Source: Eledone cirrhosa (Eukaryota). From it: DNA of 64,000 bases. Position 1 is the stretch's first letter. Every line of letters begins with the position of its first letter. Shown here in pieces: positions 1 through 11,168 of the stretch. The position numbers and the translations under genes are program-made. The stretch is taken from assembly GCA_964016885.1 (NCBI GenBank), contig OZ024746.1:62062001-62126000 (forward strand), written 5' to 3'. The notes beneath the pieces were generated by a model. That model had not been told where the DNA came from. It did not search any database and saw nothing but the letters and a program-made list of their open reading frames with translations.

Positions 1-204
1 CTCTTTCTCTTTCTCTCTCCCTCTCTCTCTCGCTCTACCCCCCACGCCCCTCTCTCCCCCTCTCTCTCTATCTCTCTCTCTCTCTATCTATCTGTTCGTC
101 TCTCCCTCTTCGCATGACCAGTGGACGCGACTGCACTCACCCGATTTAAGGGTTTGAATGGCATTGTCCTGATTTAAAAAATGTATAATCATTAATAACC
201 AAAC

Positions 205-236
<32 letters not shown>

Positions 237-239
<3 letters not shown>

Positions 240-430
240 GGAGTAAGTAAGACCCCGACGGCTGAGCTCAAGCCGTTTCGACGGCTAATTCTGTACCGAA
301 TTAGCCGTCGAAACGGCTTGAGCTCAGCCGTCGGGGTCTTACTTACTCCTATTACCCACTCTACTACCCTAAGTATTGAGTACTTTGGTGCGTTATGGTC
401 CACCTGGTTCCTTACCACTTTTCCTTCGCT
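237..430 (+). mobile_element. Family A fold-back element (Penelope-pLTR-like) carrying the 3' half of a hammerhead ribozyme
   Basis: Perfect 55-bp inverted arms (237-291 / 298-352) around a 6-nt loop, then a ~80-bp unique tail, flanked by (TA)n. Contains GAAA-CGGCT-tgagctc-AGCCG-TC (stem III plus GUC site). Same family at 38364, 44013, 59980, 27849, 15050. Confidence 0.7.
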
Positions 431-802
<372 letters not shown>

Positions 803-1332
803 AATGATAAATATCCATAAAAATACAAGAATATGGTTGGCTGGGAGTATTTGCTACTATTTGCATCCGGGTGTTGAGATTCTATCATTTTAAATGTTCC
901 CAAAGGAGATGATCCCAAGCAATTGCCCGATTCTTATAATGGGACAAAGAGCCCCGTCCCTCCGCCCATTCACACCATTTCCCACTCAGTGGTGTTCGAA
1001 AGAGGTGGGACAAACGGTCTGTCAGTCACAAAGATGGAGGGTGTAGCAACGATTGATAAGCATCTTATTTCTATAGTTAGTAGACATTGATCGATAACAT
1101 TTATCAGATTGAACTATATATAATATATTTTTTTTTATACATATACACACACGTACATACGTGCATATATACATATATATATATATATACACACACACAC
1201 GTATATACATGAATGTATACATATATACATACATACATACATACACACATATACACGTACACACACACACATATATGTACGAGGGACGTAAACACAGATA
1301 TACATATACATAAAATTATAAATGGTATATAT

Positions 1333-1475
<143 letters not shown>

Positions 1476-1533
1476 TACATATATATACATATATATATAT
1501 TATACATATATAATATATACAATATATATATAT

Positions 1534-1658
1534 ATGCATCTGTATCCCGGGTTCAATCAGGGTTAATCACAGTAAGGCGACTCAATATATAAGCAGAGTG
1601 AGAACGACGAATGAAACAGGTCTAGTCCTGTAGAAGCCTTTTCTATATTAAATCTTCG

Positions 1659-1708
<50 letters not shown>

Positions 1709-1831
1709 CGAAGATTTAATATAGAAAAGGCTTCTTACAGGACTAGACCTGTTTCATTCGTCGTTCTCACTCTGCTTATATATTGAGTCGCCTTACTGTG
1801 ATTAACCCTGATTGAACCCGGGATACACATG

Positions 1832-1833
<2 letters not shown>
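1534..1833. mobile_element. Family B-related inverted repeat pair (~125 bp arms) flanking a (TA)n spacer
   Basis: 1534-1660 is the reverse complement of 1706-1833. Contains gaatGAAAcaggtctagtcctgTA, the hammerhead 3' half shared with 5041-5245 and 22967-23151. Confidence 0.7.
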
Positions 1834-1862
<29 letters not shown>

Positions 1863-1977
1863 GTATTTATTATAAAAACAGATTAAATATTTGCTCTACG
1901 GGTTTAGTTATATTTTATATATATATATAATCCTTATCGAACCCTCTTCGGATTTTAGTCTTCACATTTATTATTAC

Positions 1978-2008
<31 letters not shown>

Positions 2009-2191
2009 ATATATATATGTGTGTGTGTAAGGTTGTGAGTTCGATATATATATGTGTGTGTAAGGTTATGAGTTCGATTCCTGGACCAGGTGATGCGTTA
2101 TGTCCTTGAGCAAGACACTTTATTCCACGTTGTTCCTTCTACCTGAGTTGCGACCGATAGATAGTATTAGCAATTGGAAAGACAATGGAAA

Positions 2192-2391
2192 NNNNNNNNN
2201 NNNNNNNNNNNNNNNNNNNNNNNNNNNNNNNNNNNNNNNNNNNNNNNNNNNNNNNNNNNNNNNNNNNNNNNNNNNNNNNNNNNNNNNNNNNNNNNNNNNN
2301 NNNNNNNNNNNNNNNNNNNNNNNNNNNNNNNNNNNNNNNNNNNNNNNNNNNNNNNNNNNNNNNNNNNNNNNNNNNNNNNNNNNNNNNNNNN
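2192..2391. other. Assembly gap (200 N)
   Basis: Run of N. Confidence 1.
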
Positions 2392-2523
2392 TGGTACTTT
2401 ATTTTATCGACCCCGTAAGGATGAAAGGCAAAGTTAACCTTGGCGGGATTTGAACTCAGAATGGCAAGGGCCGTAACTCTATACGTCAAAACATGGCGTC
2501 CGACCCTCTACCAATACTGCCAG
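2392..2523 (-). mobile_element. tRNA-derived SINE (family H, Meta-domain-like core), cut by the gap
   Basis: Reverse complement shows an A-box-like TGGCAGTATTGG, B-box GAGTTCAAATCC and core AACTTTGCCTTTCATCCTTACGGGGTCGATAAAATAAAGTACC. Confidence 0.85.
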
Positions 2524-2526
2524 TAA

Positions 2527-2957
2527 TAATGATTTCATTTATTGGCCACAAGGGCCGATATGTAGGGGACAATACAAAGACAGGGACAGTGGGGGTTTAC
2601 AATAAGCTCGAGTAAAAGTGCACAATGGCAAGACTAATTTAACAATGAAGATATAAAATATATAAAATAAACTATGCATAAATATAACAAAATTAATTCC
2701 CTAATAGGGAGGTGGACGACCCAGGGGGGGGGGGGACTCAGGTACCCCACCAACCCTGAACCCCCCTGCGCTTCTAGGGCACCCGTGAAGTGCACCCCTC
2801 TCCTCCTCAAATTAGCTAGCCTATAGGCGCATGGTCAGAGTAGGCCCATTCACACGGGCCATTCTCGCCACATTCATCCACCCTTTAGCAAATGTACGGG
2901 GGGGGGGGGCAGCACTTCTCTCTCCACTCTCACCTTCCTTTCCAGGTGAAACTTGAA
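2527..2957 (-). mobile_element. L1/Tx1-like LINE 3' end fragment
   Basis: Reverse complement of 58533-58947. Encodes a remnant FHLERKVRVERE, homologous to the zinc-knuckle-bearing fragment at 9490-9925. Confidence 0.65.
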
Positions 2958-2967
2958 AATAATAATA

Positions 2968-3308
2968 ATAATTGTTTCTACTTTAGGCACAAGGCCAGCA
3001 ATTTTGTGGGAGGGGAAAGACGATTTAATCGAACCACAATGCCAACTAACATCACCATATAATTACTCGCTTCGTAATGATTTCTACTTTAGGCACAAGG
3101 CCAGCAATTTGAAGGGAAAGAAGGGAAAGAGGGAAAGTCGATTAAATCGACCCCAGTGCGTGACTGGTACTTTATTTTATCGACCATGTAAGGATGAAAG
3201 GCAAAGCTAACCTCGGCGGGATTTGAACTCAGAATGGCAAGAGCCATAAACACTATGCTGCAAAGCACGGTGTCCGACGCTCAACCGATTCTGCCAATCA
3301 ACCGCCTT
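2968..3308 (-). mobile_element. SINE family H: a 3' fragment plus one full copy
   Basis: Same A/B boxes, core and 3' end GGCCTTGTGCCTAAAGTAGAAA on the minus strand. Confidence 0.8.
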
Positions 3309-3784
3309 AATAATAATATTAATAATCATTTCTTTATTGGCCACAATAATACTAATAACCTGTCAATTATATTACTTGTGGGCGTAGATATATATCAGCA
3401 ATATTGAATATGGAAGGGGAAATGTATTTAATGCATCATATAGAGTAAGCAGTCAGTCATACTGTAAGTGGGCGGAACAGTTGTTTGAATTTGGGCGGAG
3501 CAAACTTATCAGGCAATGAATTTTTTTCAGCGTATATGCTGCAATATATTTCATGTAGAGCGGAGGGATACATTTTATAAGCCATATCCTATATGGGCGT
3601 GGTTGATATACTTCGTTGGTCATGATAAATATGGGCGGAGCAATAAAACAAAAAAATAACACGTGAAACATGGAAAAGTGAAAGAGACGGAATTTTTCGA
3701 AAGTAGCCATTCTTTTTTTCTGTTTCCAGTCATTGGGACTAATCAAGTGCCTTCGTATATAAATATATATATATATATACACAC

Positions 3785-3832
<48 letters not shown>

Positions 3833-3834
<2 letters not shown>

Positions 3835-4022
3835 CAAACAACACGGACACTATCTCAAAATTATTTTTGAAAAGCATTTAGAAATGCGCAACCGGTAAAA
3901 ACTTAAAAACTTAAAACCACAACTGAATACTAACCCATACAATCACTAATACTCTTTTATTCCTAATTAAACCATTTTTCAACTGTGAACAATTTGTCAG
4001 CATTTTCTATTCCGTTTACCAA
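3833..4022. repeat. Interspersed repeat in a (TA)n tract (second copy inverted at 29722-29907)
   Basis: Shares ATCTCAAAATTATTTTTGAAAAGCATT..GAAATGCGCAACCGGTAAAA and TTTGTCAGCATTTTC with the reverse complement of 29722-29907. Confidence 0.7.
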
Positions 4023-4124
4023 TATATAATAACTTGTGTGTTACACCTCTATTCTTTTAACTATAAATATATATATATATATATATATAAATTAGGATTG
4101 GTGCTCTGAAATAACGATGTATAC

Positions 4125-4299
4125 ATGAATGTATGTATAGTGTATTTGTATATACTGTATGTTTAATTAAAAACAATTTGTGGACCTTGCGGTATTATTT
4201 TAAAGTAGTGACACAGTCATTACTTTAAAATAATACCGCAAGGTCTTCAAAATGTTTTAATTAAACATACAGTATATTATCAAATATACTATACATACA

Positions 4300-4304
<5 letters not shown>
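4125..4304. repeat. Imperfect ~180-bp palindrome
   Basis: GACCTTGCGGTATTATTTTAAAGTAGTGAC-aca-GTCATTACTTTAAAATAATACCGCAAGGTC core, with arms extending outward. Confidence 0.85.
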
Positions 4305-4339
<35 letters not shown>

Positions 4340-4546
4340 CTGAGTTTTTCGAATATTAATAATAATATTCGATTCGTTAATAAAATATATATATATATAT
4401 AACGGAGGAAGTGTGGTAAGGAACCAGATGGACCATAACGCACCAGAGTACTCAATACTTAGGGTAGTAGAGTGGGTAATGGGGAAATATCGAGTAAGGC
4501 TATTGCACGATATACCATTATTAATAATTATTAATTAATTCTATCA

Positions 4547-4975
4547 TGCAATGCCTGTGCGTGAAGATATTTTTTAAAGTGAGGAAAGACTGTGCACTGA
4601 ACCAATCCCACTCTCTGACCGACAGTAGCTATAACCCGAAAAGAAGAAAAGATCAACAACATCGGTTACTACTGAGCCGCAGGTTTTATATCGGAATTAT
4701 CCCAGTTTCCTGATTTGCCTTCTAGAAAAATGCCCTGACAAAAGCTAGAGGTCCTTCACTCCCAGTGGTTTAACCGCGCGGTACATGTGTATATAGATAT
4801 TTGCACACTTTCGGATGGCCGTTGACTCTTATGAGTTCTTCCGTCCATTGTCAGGTTTTGTTTTTTGCCTTGCAGGGGGTCCAAAATCACCCTCCTCACC
4901 AAATAAACTTGGTGGGGTTGCCGGTTTAGTCGCCGACGACCCGACCATGCGACAGGTTGTACTAGGTTACATGTT
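4547..4975 (-). mobile_element. Divergent copy of the ~610-bp retroposon family G
   Basis: Shares TCACCCTCCTCACCAA..CTTGGTGGGGTTGCCGGTTTAGTCGCCGACGACCCGACCATG with 30137-30746. Confidence 0.7.
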
Positions 4976-4995
4976 ACACACACACACACACACAA

Positions 4996-5040
<45 letters not shown>

Positions 5041-5041
<1 letters not shown>

Positions 5042-5241
5042 GTTGTTCCGGGTTGAATCGGAGGTAACCACAGTAAGTAAGGTACTCAATACATAGCAGA
5101 GTATAACAGTTTTAATATAGATGAGATTCTACAGGACTAGAACTGTTTCATTCATTAGAAATCATCAGGAATCTGATGAGATTCCTGATGATTTCTAATG
5201 AATGAAACAGTTCTAGTCCTGTAGAATCTCATCTATATTAA

Positions 5242-5245
<4 letters not shown>
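5041..5245. mobile_element. Family B fold-back element
   Basis: Inverted arms 5108-5174 / 5179-5245 plus a unique tail 5041-5107, inside (TA)n. Confidence 0.75.
5175..5233 (+). ncRNA. Type I hammerhead ribozyme (family B)
   Basis: Stem I GATGAGATTC/GAATCTCATC (10 bp), CTGATGA (5185-5191), weak stem II ttc-taat-gaa, GAAA (5204-5207), stem III ACAG/CTGT with a CTAG-containing loop, cleavage triplet GUA. Confidence 0.75.
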
Positions 5246-5280
<35 letters not shown>

Positions 5281-5573
5281 AATGGAAGTTTAGTAAAATC
5301 GAAGTTTTGGCGGTGGCCAAGCTAACGAGATACAATTAGGTTTGTGCAGCAAAGCACTCAATGGGGTGTGTCACCCTAGAGTAATTAACTTACGTTAGAT
5401 AGCGTAACAAATTGAAAACTGCGGCAAGCGGGCTTAGCCACATAATACATCAAAACATCGAAAACACATTCAGGTTAGATAACATATATATATATATATA
5501 TATGTTTTTAGTCCAGAAATAGTCGTCAAAACAGCTTGAGCTCTGCCGCCGGGGTTAAACATTTTCCTATATA

Positions 5574-6234
5574 GGCGTAATTTGGGCTGTTTGTTTACAA
5601 ACAAACCGAGCATTATAATAAATGTTCGGTAAACCCATACGTGCATATATATATATGTGTGTGCATGTATGTATATATATACATACTACTGTACGTCTGT
5701 ATACATATATGTATGTACGTATACATACATACTTACATTTAAGTATCAGCCGTACTAAGAGTGAGAAATGAAATTTCGTTTCATTCTTTTCCATTTATCG
5801 TTTTCGGTATACCCGGCCGACTAACTCACTCGATATGCAAATTAGGCTGCTCAGCCGTTAATATTCATAAGGAAAGTATATACTTTCAGACGTTCAATCA
5901 TCTGGCAGGAAGGTATACGATGCTGACGATAGCTAATAAGCTTGAAACTAGTACATCGTTCCTGTGTCAGTGTTGAACAAAAAGGCGACGATGGTTGCCT
6001 GAACAATGTACGGCGTAATTCGGGCTGTTTGTTTACAAACAAACCGAGCATTATAATAAATGTTCGGTAAACCCATACGTACATTTATATATATGTGTGC
6101 ATGTATGTATATATATACATACTACTGTACGTCTGTATACATATATGTATGTACGTATACATACATACTTACATTTAAGTATCAGCCGTACTAAGAGTGA
6201 GAAATGAAATTTCGTTTCATTCTTTTCCATTTAT
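5574..6234 (+). mobile_element. Family F retrozyme-like / non-autonomous Penelope-type element, ~1.5 tandem units of ~437 nt
   Basis: 5574-5798 is directly repeated at 6012-6234, with one hammerhead between the copies and no ORF. Confidence 0.75.
5917..5959 (+). ncRNA. Minimal type I hammerhead ribozyme (family F), apparently intact
   Basis: ACGATG-CTGACGA-t-AGCT aata AGCT-t-GAAA-CTAG-TA-CATCGT: 6-bp stem I, 4-bp stem II, palindromic ACTAGT stem III, GUA site. Confidence 0.85.
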
Positions 6235-6250
6235 ATATATATATATATAT

Positions 6251-6607
6251 ATATGAAAAAGTTTGTCCTTCATCAGTGGCCTTCCAACCGTCGTAGGCAT
6301 TTCGTCGCTTTAAAGGCCATATACCTCAGGTTGGTGCGAGCAACGGCTAAAAAAAGTCGTTGGGACACATAAATAAAGGGGACGCTAGTGTAACAAACAA
6401 AATGGTTTAAGCAACAGAAAGTGATGAAGAAGAAAGAAACAAGTCCCAGATTTCTATGAATATAAATTCGGTGGAATCGTGAACGAGAGAATAAAGACCA
6501 TCAAACCTGGTTGAAATGTGAGCAAGGAAGGAATTTCGCACAGGTCTAACGGGAGGAAGAAGGGGTCTGGTCTGCGAATTCGGTAAACATAAGTTCTGTG
6601 AAGTCGC

Positions 6608-6697
<90 letters not shown>

Positions 6698-7226
6698 AAT
6701 TCATACCGGCTTGGCCAAGTGTGCGCGAGAAAAGGATTGCGGACAAGTCAAACGGGAAGAAAGGGGAGGAGGAGAGGTAGTGACAGAGATTGAGTGAGTG
6801 AAAGGTGAGGAAGAGGCTAACAGAGAGAGAGAGACTGCTAGAAAGGGTAAAGATACAAAGAACGAAACAGACGTGTAGCAGCGGAGGAAAAAATATATGT
6901 GTAAATATGATAATAATGGAGCTGCGGCGTTGCAAATGGGTTACATATGAAAAAGTTTGTCCTTCATCAGTGGCCTTCCAACCGTCGTAGGCATTTCGTC
7001 GCTTTAAAGGCCATATACCTCAGGTTGGTGCGAGCAACGGCTAAAAAAAGTCGTTAGGACACGTAAATAAAGGGGACGCTAGGGTAACAAACAAAATGGT
7101 TTAAGCAACAGGTATATGGCCTTTAAAGCGACGAAATGCCTACGACGGTTGGAAGGCCACTGATGAAGGACAAACTTTTTCATATGTAACCCATTTGCAA
7201 CGCCGCAGCTCCATTATTATCATATT

Positions 7227-7230
<4 letters not shown>
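6251..7230 (-). mobile_element. Family D element: partial tandem (694-bp period) plus inverted terminal copy
   Basis: 6251-6417 repeats at 6945-7111, and 6900-7020 is the reverse complement of 7110-7230. Internal (GA)n. A further copy lies at 60143-60428. Confidence 0.7.
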
Positions 7231-7262
<32 letters not shown>

Positions 7263-7540
7263 CGATGATATCCCTGTTTATACATCGTTGAGTATTCAAA
7301 ACTACAGATTCAGATATATAATATTAAATGATGAAAGAATAAGCTCCATCACTTCGCCCTTCTCAACACAGGCCGAAAATTAACCTAGCGTTTCGAAATG
7401 AAGAAGAAGGATCTGTAACACTGGAGTGGGGCCCTATTGCAGGTACTGTCAGCCGGAGCCAGCTGTGCTTTCAACTTAAACCACTTCACCCTATTTTTAA
7501 ATAAACATTAGATAATGTTATGTCCATCATTAGTTAATGA

Positions 7541-7712
7541 TGGCGGTAGATTGGCAATATCGGTAGAGGATCGGACGCCATGCTTTGCAACATAGAGTTA
7601 CGGTCCTTTACGGTATGAGTTCAAATCCCGCCGCGGTTAACTTTGCCTTTCATCCTTACGGGGTCGATAAAATAAAGTACCAGTAATGCTGGTGTGCCAA
7701 AAGTAGAAACAA
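7541..7712 (+). mobile_element. SINE family H
   Basis: A/B boxes, core and GTGCCAAAAGTAGAAAC 3' end. Confidence 0.85.
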
Positions 7713-8526
7713 TTTAATGTTTCTTTAAATAGTTTCACTCTACTTTCAGAGAAACATTGAGTAACAGTATATCCAGTCTTTAATGTGTCTTTAAGTCTCG
7801 GATACTTTAAGCCCGGTACTGAAACAACGTTTCTTCAATTAAACGTAACTTTTTATTAACATTTTACAACATAAACTATAGTACACGTTGTTAATATAAG
7901 CAATTTCGTTTCTTTCTCTCTCACATTTATTTCCGCTTGCTTTCAATCACTTTTTAAAATGTAATACCTGGTGGTTTCTGTACTACATAGTGGGGTCCAC
8001 TTTACGATGAGTAATATCTCACAAGGCACCCTGCCTGCTAGGAAAACAATGTTCATGCCCTCATTACTGTATTGTATTCACCGCGAATGCGTGTGTAAAT
8101 GTGTCAGTGAGTGTTTGTCTACGGGTATATACACATGTGTGTATATATTTTATAGTACTAAAATCAAACCTCCCCGTTATGAGGAAGTAAAACTCTATCT
8201 AAATTGCTTGATCTTTGTTGACCAAAGCAACGTAATAAATTGAAGCAATGACAAAATACTCACACGCCCCCTATCTCAGACACACACACACACACACCCA
8301 CACCCATACTCACACACCTCTCTCACACAAATGAACAATGTAAATAAACTTTACTGTGAAATAAAAGTCGAATTTATTCTGTAATGACCATAATATAAAA
8401 CCCCGCTAGGTTGAAAACGAGACGGAAATTATCGCCACCATTATCATTACTATCACCATCACCACCACCTATACCACCACCACCACCACCACTACCAATC
8501 TCACTGCCACCGTCACCAACCACCGT

Positions 8527-8815
8527 TGGGGTGCTTCCGAGATATACTACCTTGACTGGGTGTAGAGTCCACCTCGTGAGGTGGTGTGGCTGATGCAACG
8601 GGTGTAGATGGCTGCTCTCCACTGCAATGCCATCGCTCTTTTGTTTGTGAGGAACAGAAGTGATATATCGCCTAAACTGGGTGTAGTGTCTGCTTCATGG
8701 AGTGGAGTGGCTGATAAAGCAGGCGTTGCTGACTGTTCTCCATGGCAATGCCTTCGCTATTTTGTCCGTGGGGTGCAGCCGAGATATACAACCTCAACCG
8801 GGGTGTGGAGTCTGT
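8527..8815. repeat. Degenerate ~122-bp tandem repeat (about 2.3 units)
   Basis: GAGATATAC.ACCT..AC.GGG..T.GAGTC-like motif at ~8538, ~8660 and ~8779. GCT..TCTCCA..GCAATGCC.TCGCT occurs twice. Confidence 0.55.
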
Positions 8816-9149
8816 TGTTTCTTTTCCACTTACCCTTACTTTCATTATATATTTTTTCTTTCTTTATCATTTTTTATTTATTGCAAACATTGTATAATTT
8901 GTTTGAAATGTGTTTAATAAATATATTTATCTATTATACCACACAACCAAGTGTAGGTTACAAGACCAAACAAAGTTCATAAGACGATTGGTGGGTGGAT
9001 GGATGAACGGACGGACGGACCAGCAACTCCTGGCGGAGTCGTAAGGGCGCTGTTTCTTGGCCATTTAAAACCTAGTGGAGCACATTCCCTCACAAGGTTT
9101 AAACACAGTTGATTTCATGGAGAGTAAGAGAGAATGTGTGGTAAAGGGA

Positions 9150-9310
9150 TATAAAGAATCAACCCAGTACTGGATTGGTACTTTTTTTTATCGACCTCGA
9201 AAGGATGAAATGCAAAGTGACTTCGGTGGGATTTGAACACGGAGCATAGAGAGCCGGGGTGAATGTTGGAGTTTCATCTGAAATTCTACCGATTCTGCCA
9301 GTTCGCCGCT
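9150..9310 (-). mobile_element. SINE family H (diverged)
   Basis: TTTTATCGACC..GAAAGGATGAAA.GCAAAGT..C.TCGGTGGGATTTGAAC on the plus strand. Confidence 0.7.
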
Positions 9311-9489
9311 TTCAAGTATATTTTCCACATCTTCATCATCACCATCGTTTATGTAGATAAGTAAGTAGAACAAAGAAAACAAATCACAGAAGCGTTTTTT
9401 CTGTGATGCCATCCGCAAACTAAAATTCTTTATCATTATTACTATTTCGATCCAGGGTTCGTGGATAATTTCCAGAAATCCTTGGTCTG

Positions 9490-9925
9490 GTAGTGCTACC
9501 AAGGAGCATTGCCAGTTCGAGATAAATTCTACAGCCGGGCATGTTCGAGATGTGCACAGGGCGACGAAGCCCTCGTGCACGCAATCGTCCAATGTCGCCT
9601 GCTGTCGCGTATACCTGCTGTCGCGTATACTAATCCGGCTATCAGCCGAGTCCATTGTGAAGTTTGTCCCGCCACCTTCCGTAGTCAAGAAAGGAAGGCT
9701 GTTTTTATCTGTCTTGTTGCCAAGAGATATGGTAGATGTGCTTGAAAGGTTTGAAGACGAGCACCTTCTTCTTTGGTGAAGCCCTGATCAACTTCTTCGG
9801 GTTTCACATTAAGAGGAAAATCAAGATAGAGAATGAAGTGCTGCCTTCAAAGCACTTTGTTGAAGGGTTGATGAGAGAGGCGAGCATGACCCGAGTGAAT
9901 GGGCCCGCTCAGAGTGTGTGACTGT
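9490..9925 (+). pseudogene. Decayed L1/Tx1-clade LINE ORF2 C-terminus (zf-RVT-like CCHC knuckle)
   Basis: LPVRDKF...CSRCAQGDEALVHAIVQC (CCHC-type), with frameshifts. The downstream LINFFGFHIKRKIKIENEVLP matches the 58510 fragment. Confidence 0.7.
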
Positions 9926-10034
9926 AGGGCACTTACCCTAGAAATCGGGGCACCGTGGTTTTATGAGGTTTTGTCCACGAGTGACTCTCGAACGTCTCAT
10001 TCCCATTTAAGAAACCCCTTTCTTTTTTAACATA

Positions 10035-10086
<52 letters not shown>

Positions 10087-10089
10087 CGT

Positions 10090-10297
10090 TGGTTAGTAGT
10101 ACCGGTATGATGGTGAACAACATACTCTGCATACAGTTACGAACCTTTACGTTCTGAGTTCAAATCCTGCCGAGAATAGATTTGTCTTTCATCCATATGA
10201 GGTCGATAAAATAAAGTACCAGTAACGCACTGGGATTAATTTAATTGACTTTCTCCTCCCCCAAAATTGTTTGTCTTGTGCTTAAATCAGAAACTAT
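10090..10297 (+). mobile_element. SINE family H
   Basis: GTTCTGAGTTCAAATCC, core GTCGATAAAATAAAGTACC, 3' GTCTTGTGCTTAAATCAGAAAC. Confidence 0.75.
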
Positions 10298-10395
10298 CAT
10301 TTATATAAGAATTTCACTGTTATTTTTATCTAAAGACTTCTTTTCCAATTCCAACCCGCCTGTCCCCTCAATCTATCTTATTTCTCATGCAAGGA

Positions 10396-10512
10396 GCAAC
10401 ATGAAATAAAGTGTCTTCCTCAAGGACATAACGCATCGCCCGGTTCGGGAATCGAACTCACAACCTCACGATTGCTAATTCAATTCTCTAACCACTCAGC
10501 CACACGCCTTCA
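10396..10512 (-). mobile_element. tRNA-derived CORE-like SINE head (family I)
   Basis: Reverse complement: GTGGCTGAGTGGTTAG...GAGTTCGATTCCC...GTCCTTGAGGAAGACACTTTATTTC. Confidence 0.75.
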
Positions 10513-10577
10513 CACACACACATAGACACACACATATATATATATATATGTATATATAAATATACATAAATATAAGT

Positions 10578-11114
10578 ATGTATACGTACATACATATATG
10601 TGTACAGACGAACAGTAGTATGTATATATATACATACATGCACACACATATATATATGTACGTATGGATTTACCGAACATTTATTATAATGCTCGGTTTA
10701 TTTGTAAAGAATTTCATTTTTTCATTTTTTTTCATTTTTTCCATTTATCGTTTTCTGTACGCCCGGCTGACTAACTCACTCGATATGCAAATTAGGCTGC
10801 TCAGCCATTAATATGCATAAGGAAAGTAATTTACTTTCAAACGTTCAATCAACTGACAGGAAGGCATACGGTGCTGATGACAGCTTATAAGCTAGAAACT
10901 AGTACAGCATTCCTTTGTCAGTGTTGAACAAAATGGCAACGATGGTTGCCGAACACTGTACGGCTTAATTCGGGCTGTTTGTTTACAAACAAACCGAGCA
11001 TTATAATAAATGTTCGGTAAACCCATACGTACATATATATATATATATGTGTGTGCATATATGTATGTATATACATCCGTACTAAGAGTAAGAAATGAAA
11101 TTTAATTTTTTCCA

Positions 11115-11115
<1 letters not shown>
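10578..11115 (+). mobile_element. Family F copy with an inverted 5' segment and a hammerhead core (10871-10907)
   Basis: 10578-10708 is inverted relative to 10710-11115. Core CTGATGA-c-AGCT tata AGCT-a-GAAA-CTAG-TA, with weakened stem I. Confidence 0.75.

Positions 11116-11168
<53 letters not shown>

Noticed and set aside
237-352. Pre-miRNA or classical MITE interpretation of the hairpins
   Set aside because: The hairpin is asymmetric within the element (one-sided tail), arm variants are copy-specific, and it carries a ribozyme half. A Penelope-type inversion explains it better.
880-1090. 70-codon open frame or possible exon in unique sequence
   Set aside because: No recognisable motif, no convincing pair of splice sites, and strand is ambiguous.
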